Of a DNA stretch of 64,000 nucleotides, positions 12,336 through 25,401 are shown one piece after another. Positions within the stretch are counted from its first letter, which is position 1. Every line of letters begins with the position of its first letter. This stretch comes from Octopus vulgaris (Eukaryota): contig OX597814.1 of assembly GCA_951406725.2 (NCBI GenBank), positions 1,116,001 to 1,180,000 on the forward strand. The letters run 5' to 3'. The notes under the pieces were generated by a model. That model worked only from the letters and a program-made list of their open reading frames with translations. It ran no database searches and had not been told where the DNA came from. The position numbers and the translations under genes are program-made.

Positions 12336-15300
12336 ATTTACTCCAGTAATGTGAAACGAATGAGGCGGTGGTGGTGGTGAGGCATGACCTTCGAATGTTG
12401 GGCCTCACAGAGGCAATGACGAAAGACCAAGGCCTCTGGAGATATGTTGTGATTGAGAAGACCTGGCAAGTAAAGTGAGATCACAGCCGTAGCCTACACC
12501 AGTGTCGCATAACCAGACCATTTAAAAAGTACCTTTGAATCATCAGGTGACACACCGTGCTTAAGGAGACCTATTGAGTCAAGTAAAATCAAAAGTCAAA
12601 TCAAATCACAATCAAATGGAAATTGTAGTGCCACCTGACTGGCTCCCCGTGCTGGTGGCATGCAATAAGCACTATTCATGTGTGGGTCATTCCCAGTGCT
12701 GCTTGACTGACTCCCCATATCGGTGGCACGTAAAAAGCACCATCCAAATGTGGTCAATGACAGTGCACCCGACTGGCTCCTGTGCTGGTGGCACATAAAA
12801 GGCACCCACGATACTCTCAGAGTGGTTGGTGTTAGGGAGGGCATCCAGCTGTAGAAACTCTGCCAGATCAAGATTGAAGCCTGGTGCAGCCATCTGGTTC
12901 GCCAGCCCTCAGTCAAACCGTCCAACCCATGCCAGCATGGAAAACGGACGTTAAAAAATTATGATACTGATGAACTGGTCCTGGAATTAAAACTACAATC
13001 TTGTGATCGTGAGTGCAATACCCTTATCATTAGGCTACACATAAACCTCTTGTGTTCAACCCATCCTAGACTCCATCCCTTCCCAAAGGCCACCCACTGA
13101 TTTGTATGGAGTCCCTATCATCAACACACATCATTCCACAGATGTGTTGTCTTCTCCTCTTTCTACTCCTACACAGTACCACCTGATCCACTGAGCTTGG
13201 CTGGTCTTACGTCATCTCCACTCAGATAATATCCTCAACTCCCCCCTATTACATTCACCCTTCAGCTCCCTGATCTTCCCTGAATGTCAACCCCTGGAAC
13301 TCCATCACTTCCCCTGTAGTAGCTGACTTGCAAATGTTGAAAATGCACTTGAGCCATGCCAGTCTCAACAGGTCTTGGAGGGCCTTCAGAAGCACGTAGC
13401 ACAGCCAGTACCTCCTGATCAAACATTGGAAATCAAAGCAAAGTATTTCGTGCTAGTTTCTCAGAATGTGACACTTTGAAGAAATGGTTTTTCTTCTTTC
13501 ACCAATATTTCAAACATCACAGAGATGCACATACACAAACCAGCGTGTCGAAGGCTGGGGTTTTATTATTCTCAGCTTGAAGTCTTCTTTGGAAACTCAT
13601 AAATATAGTTTTAATGAGAACTATCAAAAATACATCAAATTTATCAGATATCTTTGAAAACTTCAGTCATCTTATTGGTGTTCAAAGAAATCATCATCAT
13701 CAGCATCATCATCGTTATTATCTGTAGACTTCATTATATACGTGTGTGTGTGTATAAACAAGTGGGGTGGGGGTTGGCAATTAGTTGTAGAAAACTCTGC
13801 TCCAGCATGATCTCATCTGAATTATGCAAACATGGGAAACTAGACATTAAAATGCTAATGATTTTATATATATCATCATCATCATCATCGTTTAACATCT
13901 GCTTTCCATGCTGGCATATGTTGGACGGTTTGACTGGGGACTGGCGAGCCAGGAGGCTGCACCAGGCTCCAATCTGATCTGGTTCCAGGTTTATTCCTAC
14001 TGTGTGGCACCTTGGGCAAGTGCCTTCTACTATATCCTCAGGCTGACTAAAGCCTTGTGAGTGGATTTGGTAGACGGAAACTGAAAGAAGCCCATCGTAT
14101 ATATTTATATATGTGTGTGTGTGTATGTTTGTGTCTGTGTTTGCCCCCCCCAGCATCGCTTGACAACCGATGCTGGTGTGTTTACGTCCCCGTAACTTAG
14201 TGGTTCGACAAAAAGAGACCGATAGAATAAGTACTAGGCTTACAAAGAATAAGTCCTGGGGTCGATTTGCTCAACTAAAAGGTGGTGCTCTAGCATGGCC
14301 GCAGTCAAATGACTGAAACCAGTAAAAGAATATATATACATACACCCACATGCACACACACCTTGTTTGCCCATGTTGTTAGTGTTGGTTAATAAATCTA
14401 TAGCCATGATCTGTAGTACTTTACAGCAATTATATATGTGTGTGCGTTTGTCATCCTAGATGTAATGGCTTACTTTCTAACAAAGAAACAAAGTCCCTTT
14501 GCTGGCAATTTAATAACAACAATGGCAATTGTTAAATCTAGGCTTTGTATGCTTAGAGTGAAACGAGGTAGGATGTTAGCTGCTCTGTTTGTTTGGCTGA
14601 AAATCCTTGCATTTGCAGGTTGTCATTTAGACATTTCCTAACATCACCATCCCTATAATTATTGGTATAAATATGAATTTATGATCAGGGTAGAGGAGCT
14701 GCTGGTTTTGAAGCAGTTGTTCGTAAATATTCTTGTTTTCACTGTGTTTGGAAGAAGTGTTTACATCCGTAGGTCTTCCATAATGGTTCAGCCTTTGTTT
14801 TCCATTCCAAACGATTGTAACTGACCTGTTGTTTTTGTGTTTAGTGGAAGTTATCTTTGGTATACAACAATCACTTGGTCTCTCTATTCTTAATACATTC
14901 CAGAAAATTCAAACATGAATATGGTAATCCCATTGTATTTTGTCTCCCCCAAATCTAAGCCACCAGATCATCACATCTTCTCCACCACTATACATCTCAC
15001 CCACTCCATACCCTATACCTACCTACCTCTCTTTCCTCCACACTCTCGCAGCCTACACAACATCTTCTCATCTCTCTCTTCCTCTCATCCCTCCCTTATC
15101 ATTGTTATTCTTTTACCCCTCACCCCTATACATTGTTAGTCACTCCCCACCCCCTTTTCACCATTCACTACTTCCACCCCTTTACCCTATCAAACCCCTA
15201 CAGTTGTCACCTACTCTTCCCTACATCCTCTCCACTTATGATCCACTCAACATTTTCTTCTTTATTCATTATATTCACCCCCTCTATCCATTCCCCATCC

Positions 15301-15784
15301 CTTATTCTTTTATACACTCTTGCAACTTCCATCACCCACATTCCCTGTTCATATTCCCCCACCCTACCCAACGCCTATTTACCTTGTACCTTGAGGGGCC
15401 CATACAGACACCTTTAAATAACTATTTTTACCTCTTCCCTACTCCACCCCTATCATTCTCTGCTCTCTCTTTGAAAATGTGAGTAGCCCTGTAGCTCCTC
15501 TACAGCAAGAAACCTGTTTTTCTCAAGCCCCTTCTCTCATACTTTAGCCCTTCATTTCCTAGCATAGAACCCACCTCTCTTGGGGGTTTGTAGTTTTACA
15601 AGTTGCGTGACAACCTAAGTAATGCTGGTGCCATGAAAAAAGAACCCAGTCCATGCTGTGAAGTGGTTGACATTAGGAAGGGCATCCAGCCATAGAAAAC
15701 CTACCAAAGTAGGCTGTGGAGTATGATGCAGTCTTGGGTCTGTTGGATCCCGTCAAACTGTCCAATCTCTACCAGCATGGAACG

Positions 15785-15957
15785 TCTCAATATATATAAA
15801 CGGCAAAATGTCTGTGTGTGTGTGTCCTTTATACAAATCCACAATTTTTCAGTTAGAGGGCTTGCACTTTCTATGGTCATTCAAAACCATCCAAGGGTGG
15901 TCGTGCACATCTTTACATTTCCCCAGTCACCCCACAAATCCATTAAAAAATCAATAG

Positions 15958-15988
<31 letters not shown>

Positions 15989-16197
15989 ACGTCCGTTTTC
16001 CGCGCTAGCACGTTTTTGTGAATTTTCTATCCAAAACCCAATCAAAATGCCCGAAACTTGATATGCCAATTGAATGCCAGCTAGCTGTATGTGATTGGTC
16101 AGAGATTTGGACAGTACTCGTGTGTATGTATGCACGCACGCAGCTGTATATGCATGCACTAGCACTATGACCCGGTGTTGCCAGGTCATAGTATTAG
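15785..16197 (+). mobile_element. Non-autonomous Helitron-like element nested in an RTE-tail repeat
   Basis: 5' TC...atatataaa...gtctgtgtgt. The 3' end gcactagcactatgacccgg...ccaggtcatagtattag is shared with the element at 24188-24906. Confidence 0.65.
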
Positions 16198-17928
16198 TGG
16201 GTATTAAATGGGGATGATGATGATGATGATAACAACTTCTCCTTTCAGACAATGTGTGTTCATGTCACACTTGATTTATTGAAATAAGGGGGTAAAACAC
16301 AACAGCAATGGCATACTCACTCTTGATTCTGCTAGAATGTATTCAGAATAATTATGGATGTCATCATTTTGATTTTCACTGTTCCCCCATGTACATTATT
16401 TATTATCAGTTTGGCAGACATTTGCATGCATCAGTCAATAATTCATTTGTTGAATTCTGTAAACAAGAGCTAGAATTTTTGTTTAGATTCATTGATTTGA
16501 GGGTACCATTGGCTGAAGGACTGCAATGTCTCAAAGCCCCTTTACTTCAATGAATTGTGTTACAGACACATTGTCTGAAAGAAAAATATCGTCTTCCAAT
16601 GATAAAATACAACAGCAATTAGCATATCCACCATTTGAATTAATAAAAGAATGCATTAACGATGAATATATTTGTCATTGTTTTAATTTTCACTGTTCCT
16701 TATACACATGCTGGTTTATTATTTTGGAGATGTGCTGTGCTTGAGAAGACCCAGCAAGCCAAGTGAGACCGTAACTGTGGCCTATGCCAGTGTAGCATAA
16801 CCAGCCCATTTAAGAGCACCCTTCAATCATTGGGCAATAAACTGTGCTTGCGAAGACCTATTGAGGCAAGTGAAGTCGTGGTCATGACCAATGACAGTAC
16901 CGCCTGATCAGTACTCGTTCCTATGGCATGTAAGAAGCACTATTTGAGCGTGGTTTACGCCAGTGCCGGCTGACTGGCCCTCATGCCGGTGGCACGTAAA
17001 AAGCACCCACTACACTCTCAGGGTGGTTGGCATTAGGAAAGGCATCCAGCTGCAGAAACATTGCCAGATTGGATTGGAGCCTGGTGTAGCCTTCTGGCTC
17101 ACCAGACCCCAGTCAAACCATCCAACCCATGCCAGCATGGAAAGTGGACATTAAATGATGATGACAATGATGATGATGATGATGATGATTGGAATGTTCT
17201 ACTAATATTTCTTATGCTGGAATCAAAGATAGAAAGCTGGTAGAATTGTTAGCCAAGGTAGACTTTACCTTTCATCCTTTTGGGATTGATGAAACAAGTA
17301 CCCATTGAATAGTGGGGGGGGGGTCAATGTAATTGCCTTAACCCCCCACCTCATGAAAAATTGCTGGCCTTGTCTCAAAATTTGAAATCCATATTTCTTC
17401 TGATGGAATCAACGGACAAACTAAACATGAGAAACGCAGACCTGGCTGTGTGGTCAAGGAGCTTGCTTTGCAACCGTGTGGTTTCAGGTTCAGTCTCACC
17501 ACACAGCATCTTGGGAAAGTGCCTTCCGCTATAGGTCTGGGGATGACCAATGCTTCGTGAGTGAATTTGGTGTGCAGAAACTGTATGGAAGCCGCCTGTT
17601 GTGTATATATGTGTGTGTGTCTCTTTGTATCTGTGTTTGATCTACCACTACTTGACAACCAGTGTTGGTTTGTTTGCATCCACTGCTACTTAGCAGTTCA
17701 GCAAAAAAGACCAAGAGAATACATATCAGACTTTATTCTTCTATTCTTTTACTTGTTTCAGTCATTTGACTGCAGCCATGCTGGAGCACTGCCTTTACTT
17801 GAGCCATTCAACACCAGCACTTATTCTTTGTAAGCCTAGTATGTATTCTATTGGTCCCTTTTGCTGAACTGCTAAGTTACAAGGGACATAAACACACCAA
17901 CATCGGTTATCAAGGGATGGTAGGGAGT

Positions 17929-17960
<32 letters not shown>

Positions 17961-20952
17961 TATAATGGGCGTCTTTCAGTTTCCATCTACCAAATCCACT
18001 CACAAGGCTTTGGTCAGCCCAAGGCTGTAGCAGAAGACACTTGCTCAAGGTGCCATGCGGTGGGACTGAACCTGGAACCATGTGGTTGGGAAGCAAACTT
18101 CAAAAGAAAAAATTTTTTAAATGAGCACTGGGGTCGATTTATTTGACCCAAATCTTTGAAGGTGGTGCTCCAGCATGACCACAGTCCAATGACTGAAGTA
18201 AATGGTAAAATAACAGGATTCATCACAGAGCAGTTCCTTCTGCAATGACGTAATCCTTTGTTTTAGCAACAACACCATGTTGTGTTGGAATGTAATAAAC
18301 TGATGACATGTCTGAGCAGCTGCTGATCATAGAATATTTTCTACATATTTGTGACATGACCAACATCTTTGGGGTCATATTTTCTGGGTTTAAAGGCTTT
18401 GCTCTGTCTTTTGTTGAAAAGTTATTTAAACCTGTCACAATCAAAATTTCTTACGTGGCCGATGACAGTACCGCCTAGTTTTTATATTTTCCAGTGGTGT
18501 TCTCTGTCTATTATTTTAACTTCATCCCACAGAGGAAGGTGGTCTCTATTTTTCCATACATTGTATGGTAGGTGTCAGAGGCTGACCCTGACCCATTTGA
18601 ACATGTTCTAGTGGAATATCTGGGCCTAATATGGCTGGTTTGAATGCTAAATGATCAATATTGGTCTCTCACTTTTGAGTACCTGGTCAATGCATTTGGT
18701 TTTCTGCTGGCTTTAACAAATGCTCTCTAAGTGATGCTATACAAAGCTCTAAAGCTGTTAGGATTAACTTAAGCTTCTTTCCTTGTCATTTCGTAGAAGA
18801 TAAAGCCTGTTGCTATCCTTATTTCCATGGAAATTTCTAGTAGATATCAGGATCTTTTAATATAAATATAGAATATTCCCTCAGTGATCCAGCTATTTAT
18901 CCCAAAGGTTGGCACCACAACTGCTGCAGTAAATGTGTTTTCTGTGATATTTTCTGGTTGTAAGAAGAATACTTTTTTTTTAAAGTCACATCTAACTACT
19001 CTTCTTACATTTATTTACCTGCGTTCTCTATTCTCCAATCTCCATTCACTTTTACTCCCCTTGTACCTGAAGGGTCCACTTGGCACCCTACCCTGTCACC
19101 ACTATTTTTGATCTCTTTTTTCTATCTCCACCCTGGTCGCTCCCACCCTTTCTTTTACATTGTGAGTAGCCATGTAACTGCTCTACATCAAGACCCTTTT
19201 TCTGTTCTGGCCCCTTCTCTTATATCTTAGCCCCTCACCTCCTAGCATGAAGCAGCCTTCCTATCTACTGGATCACTGTGGATCCAGTAGACAGAGAGTG
19301 TTTGAATCCACCACTGTGGATCCAGTACATTGACCACACTGGTCACTGGGGATCTTACTTTTGCAGTCTTCATGGCAACCTCACTAGTGCTGGTGCTATG
19401 AAAAAACAAAAAGCCCCAGTACATTCTGCAAAGAGCTTGGTGTTAAGAAGATCAGTGCAGTGTTTGTTGTTTGTTCCTTGTCGAGCTACGCCTGGCTCAT
19501 AAGGGCCGGTTTCCCGGTTTCCTTGGCGTATAGGTTCCCCACCTGGATGGGACGCTGGTCTGTTGCAGGAGGAAAGAGTGAGAGAAAGTTGTGGCGAAAG
19601 AGTCAGCAGAAGTTCGCCATTACCTTCTGCCGGAGCCGCGTGGAGCTTAGGTATTTCGCTCATAAACACACACACATCGCCCGGTCTGAGATTCGAACCT
19701 ATGATCCCTTGACCACAAGTCTGCTGCTCTAACCACTAGACCATGTGCCTCTGGTGCCGTGTTTGAACTTCTCAAATCCTGTTGAACCATCCTACCCATT
19801 CCAACATGGAAGGAGCTGGATGTTAAATGGTAATGAAGGAATGGTCTAATGCTTTTTTTGTAATTGAATCCTATAATCACAATATTTGTAAAGTGTCTGA
19901 ATCCACCACACCACACTACACCACACCCCTGTCCTATCTCTACTAAATCTAAACAGCTTCTGTAAAAGTTTATACAAATACCAGTGCTTAACCAGGCAAC
20001 GGGTCTTTAGTTTTTCTGCCAAATTCAATTTAATGTTTTCATTCTTGGCTATCAAACTTGTCTTTGCTTGTTGCAAGCCAATTTAGTAGGTCAGCTTGAC
20101 CGTCCATCATCGTCATCATCATCATCATTTAACGTCCATTTTCTATGCTAGCATGGGTTAGATGGTTTGACTGAGGACTGGCAAACCAGAAGGCCACACC
20201 AACCTCCAATCTGATCTGGCAAGGTTTCTACAGCTGGATGCCCTTCCTAACGCCAACCACTCCAAGAGTGTAGTGGCTGCTTTTTATGTGCCACCAGCAC
20301 AGGAGCCTGTCAGGTGGCACTGGCATTGGCCACGTTTGGATGGTGCTTTTTATATGCTGCAGGCACAGGAGCCAGTTGGGTTGCAAATTTTTGCCACAAG
20401 GGTAGCTTGTGGGAGGGGACTACATTGACCCCAATGCATAACTGGTATTTATTTAATCGACCCCAAAAGGACAAAAGCCAAAGTCAACCTTGATGGAATT
20501 TGAACTCAGAACAAAAAGATGGAGAAAATGCTGCTAGGCATTTTTCCCAGCATGCTAACGATTCTGCCAGCTCCACTGCCTTAATAAAAATAATAATAAT
20601 AATAATAATAATAATAATTATTATTATTATTATTATCATTATTATTATTATTATTATTACAGTAATAATAATAATAACAATGGTAATAATAGTCATTGTT
20701 TGTGAAAGTATTCACCACTTCATGCCGTGACATGAAGTGTTATGGGAGGGGAGTTATATAATGTATATACAAACACACACACATACACACACACACATAT
20801 ATATATATACATGTATATATATGTGTGTGTGTGTATATATATATAGGTATATACATTTATATATATACATTTATATATGTACATATATATATATATATAC
20901 ACACATGCATATACATATATATACATATATATACACACACACACATTTATTA

Positions 20953-20985
<33 letters not shown>

Positions 20986-21746
20986 TATACACACACACAC
21001 ACACACGCGCACACACATATCTGTTGAGCTATGTGTCTCATTCTTCTGCTTGCATCACATGCTGTTGGTAGGTGAGGATGGAGAGCAGGTGGGTGGGTGT
21101 AGGCGGGGTGGGGGGGCAGGTTGAACATCAGACAATGGCATGTTACATATGTGACTTGTCACTTACTTTTATTAGCCCCCCCCCACCGCTCCGGGGGGGG
21201 GGGGGTTCTGTTCAGGTGGGTGTTGGTGGGGGTGGTGGAATACCCTGAGGGTTGGGATTGCGTGGATGAATTTAGTCATGGGTTTCTGTGGCTGTGTGGG
21301 TTAAGAAGCTTGCTTCTGAGCCACATGGTTCTGGGTTCAATCTTACTGTGCGGCACCTTGGGTTAGTGACTTCTACTGTAACCCTGGGCTGACCAAAGCT
21401 TTATGAGTGGTTTGGTGCCTTGTAGTGCTCAGTCTCCAAACCTCCAGCAGATAACATCATCAGCATAGTCATCCCTCGACATGGTTCAGTAATCACAGTA
21501 CAGTTGGTTTCCACACCCAACCCTGCTTCTTGAGTTGGTCATTCTATTCATCCTTTCAATCAGGGCTGGATTAAGTCCCATTGAGGCCCTAAGTACTTAA
21601 AAGATTTTGGTGCCCCCATAAAAGATTATGGAATTCAAAATATAAACAATAACAAACCATAGAATAAATTTGTATTTCTCAAAACGAAACAAAACAGTAA
21701 GAGGGAAACTAATGTTTATTTTTGTCTACTTCCACTTTATTTAGAT

Positions 21747-22156
21747 AGGCGCAGGAGTGGCTGTGTGGTAAGTAGCTTGCTTAACAACCACATGGTTCCG
21801 GGTTCAGTTCCACTGCGTGGCATCTTGTGCAAGTGTCTTCTGCTATAGCCTCGGGCCGACCAATGCCTTGTGAGTAGATTTGGTAGATGGAAACTGAAAG
21901 AAGCCTATCGTATATATGTATATATATATGTATGTGTGTGTATGTTTGTGTGTCTGTGTTTGTACCCCTAGCATTGCTTGACAACCGATGCTGGTGTGTT
22001 TACGTCCCCGTAACTTAGCGGTTCGGCAAAAGAGACCGATAGAATAAGTACTGGGCTTCCAAAGAATAAGTCCCAGGGTCGATTTGCTCGACTAAAGGCG
22101 GTGCTCCAACATGGCCGCAGTCAAATAACTGAAACAAGTAAAAGAGTAAAAGAGTA
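21747..22156 (+). mobile_element. SINE family A, full copy
   Basis: aggcgcaggagtggctgtgtggtaag...aaaagagtaaaagagt. Confidence 0.88.
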
Positions 22157-22716
22157 AATGTTTCCTCCTACTTTTTTGAATTGCAAAGTCTTTGATCAGA
22201 TCCTCAAAAATAATCTTCAGGCACCCTGAATATTATTTTAGCAAGTTTAAAGTGATTTCTTTAGTGCCATAAACCATTTACCATGTCTGTGGTGCCTCTT
22301 CCTTCCCTTCACACCCTAAACACATGCTTATTTTGCTTAATCGTTAATCCAGTGCTGCTTTCAATCACTGAATACAAAAACATAACTCATGAGGCCCCTA
22401 TTCAGGTAATTTTCCCCCCGAGTCACCTTCTCACCCTTGTAACTTTCATTCTGTTAATCTTTCCGCATTTAAGGTAGCCATCTCCCTTTCTTCCCTTTTT
22501 GTTTCTTACATAATATTCTATGACTGTTGACCTTCTTGAGTTCTGCCCTTTGTCAGGTCTTGCTTCTTTTGGTCCTACAGGGTGTCTATTAATGACCCTC
22601 CTTAACGAGCAAGCTTGCTGGAGTTTCCTCTTCAGTCACCGATAGCCTGATCAAGTTGTACTGGTTTATATGTTACCAAGAGCACATAAGAGTGACTTGA
22701 CATAGCATATATATAC

Positions 22717-22767
<51 letters not shown>

Positions 22768-22854
22768 CATATATATATATGGGAAGTGGGTCAGGGGCAT
22801 TATTTATTGAACGCCCCTCATATATGTATATATATATATATATATATACATATA

Positions 22855-24142
22855 CGAGGGGCGTTCAATAAATAATGCCCCTGACCCACTTCCCATAGCA
22901 GTAGAGCAACGAAACTTGGCACAGTTAGTCTTTTTCTACATAGGAACCACCCAGAGTTACGCATTTCTCCCATCGTTTGATGCAGCTCTGAAGACCGTTT
23001 TTGTAGAAGACCCCAGCTTGGTCCTCCAACCACGAAGTGACGTCAGAAATCAAGGCTGCATCATCTGGGAAACGTTTTCCTTTCAAAAACAACTTCATGA
23101 CTGGGAAGAGGTGAAAATCAGAGGGTGCAAGGTCAAGAGAGTAGGGGCATGGGGGAGGAGTTCATAGCCGCACGCCTGTGCTTCTGATCTGGCGACCATC
23201 GAGTTGTGGACCGGAGCGTTGTCCTGCAGGAGGAGGATGCCTTTGCTGATCTTGCCCTGCCTCTTGATTTTGATAGCTTCTCTTAATTTCATCAAAAGTG
23301 AAGCATAATAAGCTCCTGTAATTGTGGTACCCTTTGCCAGGAAATCTGTCATCACTACTCCGTCCTGGTCCCAGAAGACTATGAGCATGACCTTGCTAGT
23401 GGAGGGCTGCACCCTTGCCTTCTTTGGAGGAGGTGAGTCACGGTGCTTCCACTGCATTGACTGGGCTTTGGTCTCTGGATCATAGTGATGGACCCAGGTT
23501 TCATCCTGTGTAATCAGTCTTTTGAAAAATGTTGACTCATCTTCTTGGCACATCTCCAAATTCATCCTCGAGCACTCGACGCATTCTTGCTTCTGGAAAG
23601 GTGTGAGCAACCTGGGAATCCATCTGGCAGACACCTTTTGCATATGCAAATAGTCATGAATGATTGGTTTCCACAGACCCGGTACTAATCTTGACCTCAT
23701 GGGCTATTTGCCGAATAGTTATGCGTCGATCTTCCAAAATGGCAGCCTCAACTTGATGGACAGATGCCTCATCAATAGCAGTAGGGGGCGACCAGATCTG
23801 GGAGCTGTTTCCACAGAGTTCCGACCATGTTTGAATTCACAATGCCAGCGTTTTACAAGGTCATATGATGGGGCATCATCACCATAAGTTACTTTCATTT
23901 CATCAAAAGTCTCCCGTGGTGTGCGTCCTTTCAAATATAAAAAGCGGATCACTGCCCGACACTCAACAGGCTCCATTTCACACTTGACTCAGTTCAAACA
24001 CCTGTAAATCAGAAACCACAATTAGTTCAGAGCTGTAATTTACCACTTAATCTATAGAGATATAGATAATTGCACATGCAAAATTTCAGCTAGATCAAAC
24101 AACTGCAAGTGGGTCAGAGGCATTACTTATTGAACACCCCTC

Positions 24143-24143
<1 letters not shown>
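22855..24143 (-). mobile_element. Full-length mariner (DD34D) DNA transposon, about 1.29 kb, inserted at TA in a (TA)n tract
   Basis: TIRs CGAGGGGCGTTCAATAAATAATGCCCCTGACCCACTT and AAGTGGGTCAGAGGCATTACTTATTGAACACCCCTCG, with TA on both sides. Confidence 0.95.
22950..23976 (-). pseudogene. Frameshifted mariner transposase
   Basis: Split ORFs 23976-23719 and 23700-23095 carry the HTH region, PRSGRP, WIPRLL, ITQDETW and LLQDNAP. A second frameshift precedes PYSLDLAPSDFHLF. The 3' end coordinate is approximate. Confidence 0.9.
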
Positions 24144-24187
<44 letters not shown>

Positions 24188-24190
<3 letters not shown>

Positions 24191-24906
24191 TTATATATAT
24201 ATAAAACTGAGAATGTCTGTCTGTGTGTGTGTGTGTGTCTGTGTGTTTCCCTAAAACTTGAGAACTATACAACCAATTTCATTCAAATTTTACACATGCC
24301 TTACTTAGAGTCCATGTAGTTTCATGGGGAAAAAAGGTTCAACTTCTTGCCTAGAGCGAGCCCATAGCAATATCATATCTTCTCCACTATTTCAGTATTA
24401 CGTGTTAAAAGTGAAACAAAAATATTTCTATATTTTATGTCAGATGCCTTCACTTTAACAATAAAAATAATAATAACAATTGAATTATATGTAGTAAGTA
24501 ATAATTAAAATCAAACTAAAGTATAATATAAGTAAAAATAGCAATTGGTATAAAATTGCCTCAATGACTTGAACTTGAATAAGTGGTTTCACATGAATAG
24601 GAATAAATTAAAAATAAAATTAGCGTGCAGAAATGGAATAGTCCAGATGGATAATAAAAAATTAAATTAAAGAAAAGACTATTGTCTATAAAGTATACAA
24701 TGTAGAGAAAAAGAAGAGCTAACAATTCCAGTCTGTTATATATTTTGAGTATTGTTATCACTAGCGATATCAAGATATAACTTTGTATTTTGCATTTTAT
24801 GTGTAGATGTATATATATAGATGTACATGTAATATGTACACATATATATACACATATATACATGCACTAGCACTATGACCTGGCAACGACAGGTCTTTAA
24901 TGCTAG
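24188..24906 (+). mobile_element. Non-autonomous Helitron-like element
   Basis: 5' A|TC with tatataaaa and (CTGT/GT)n. 3' hairpin gacctggcaacgacaggtc followed by CTAG|T. No TSD. Confidence 0.75.
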
Positions 24907-24921
24907 TATATATATATATAT

Positions 24922-25331
24922 ACTCTTTACTCTCTCTTTTTACTCTTTTACTTGTTTCAGTCATTTGACTGTGGCCATGCTGGAGCACCGCCTTTAGTCG
25001 AGCAACTCGACCCCGGGACTTATTCTTTTTGTAAGCCCAGTACTTATTCCATCGGTCTCTTTTGCTGAACCGCTAAGTGACGGGGACATAAACACACCAG
25101 CATCGGTTGTCAAGCAATGCTAGGGGGACAAACACACACACATACACATATATATATATATACATATATACGACAGGCTTCTTTCAGTTTCTGTCTACCA
25201 AATCCACTCACAAGTCATTGGTCGGCCCGGGGCTATAGCAGAAGACACTTGCCCAAGATGCCACGCAGTGGGACTGAACCCGGAACCATGTGGTTGGTTA
25301 GCAAGCTACTTACCACACAGCCACTCCTGCG

Positions 25332-25334
<3 letters not shown>
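24922..25334 (-). mobile_element. SINE family A, full copy
   Basis: Reverse complement of 21747-22156, inserted in (TA)n. Confidence 0.88.
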
Positions 25335-25401
<67 letters not shown>

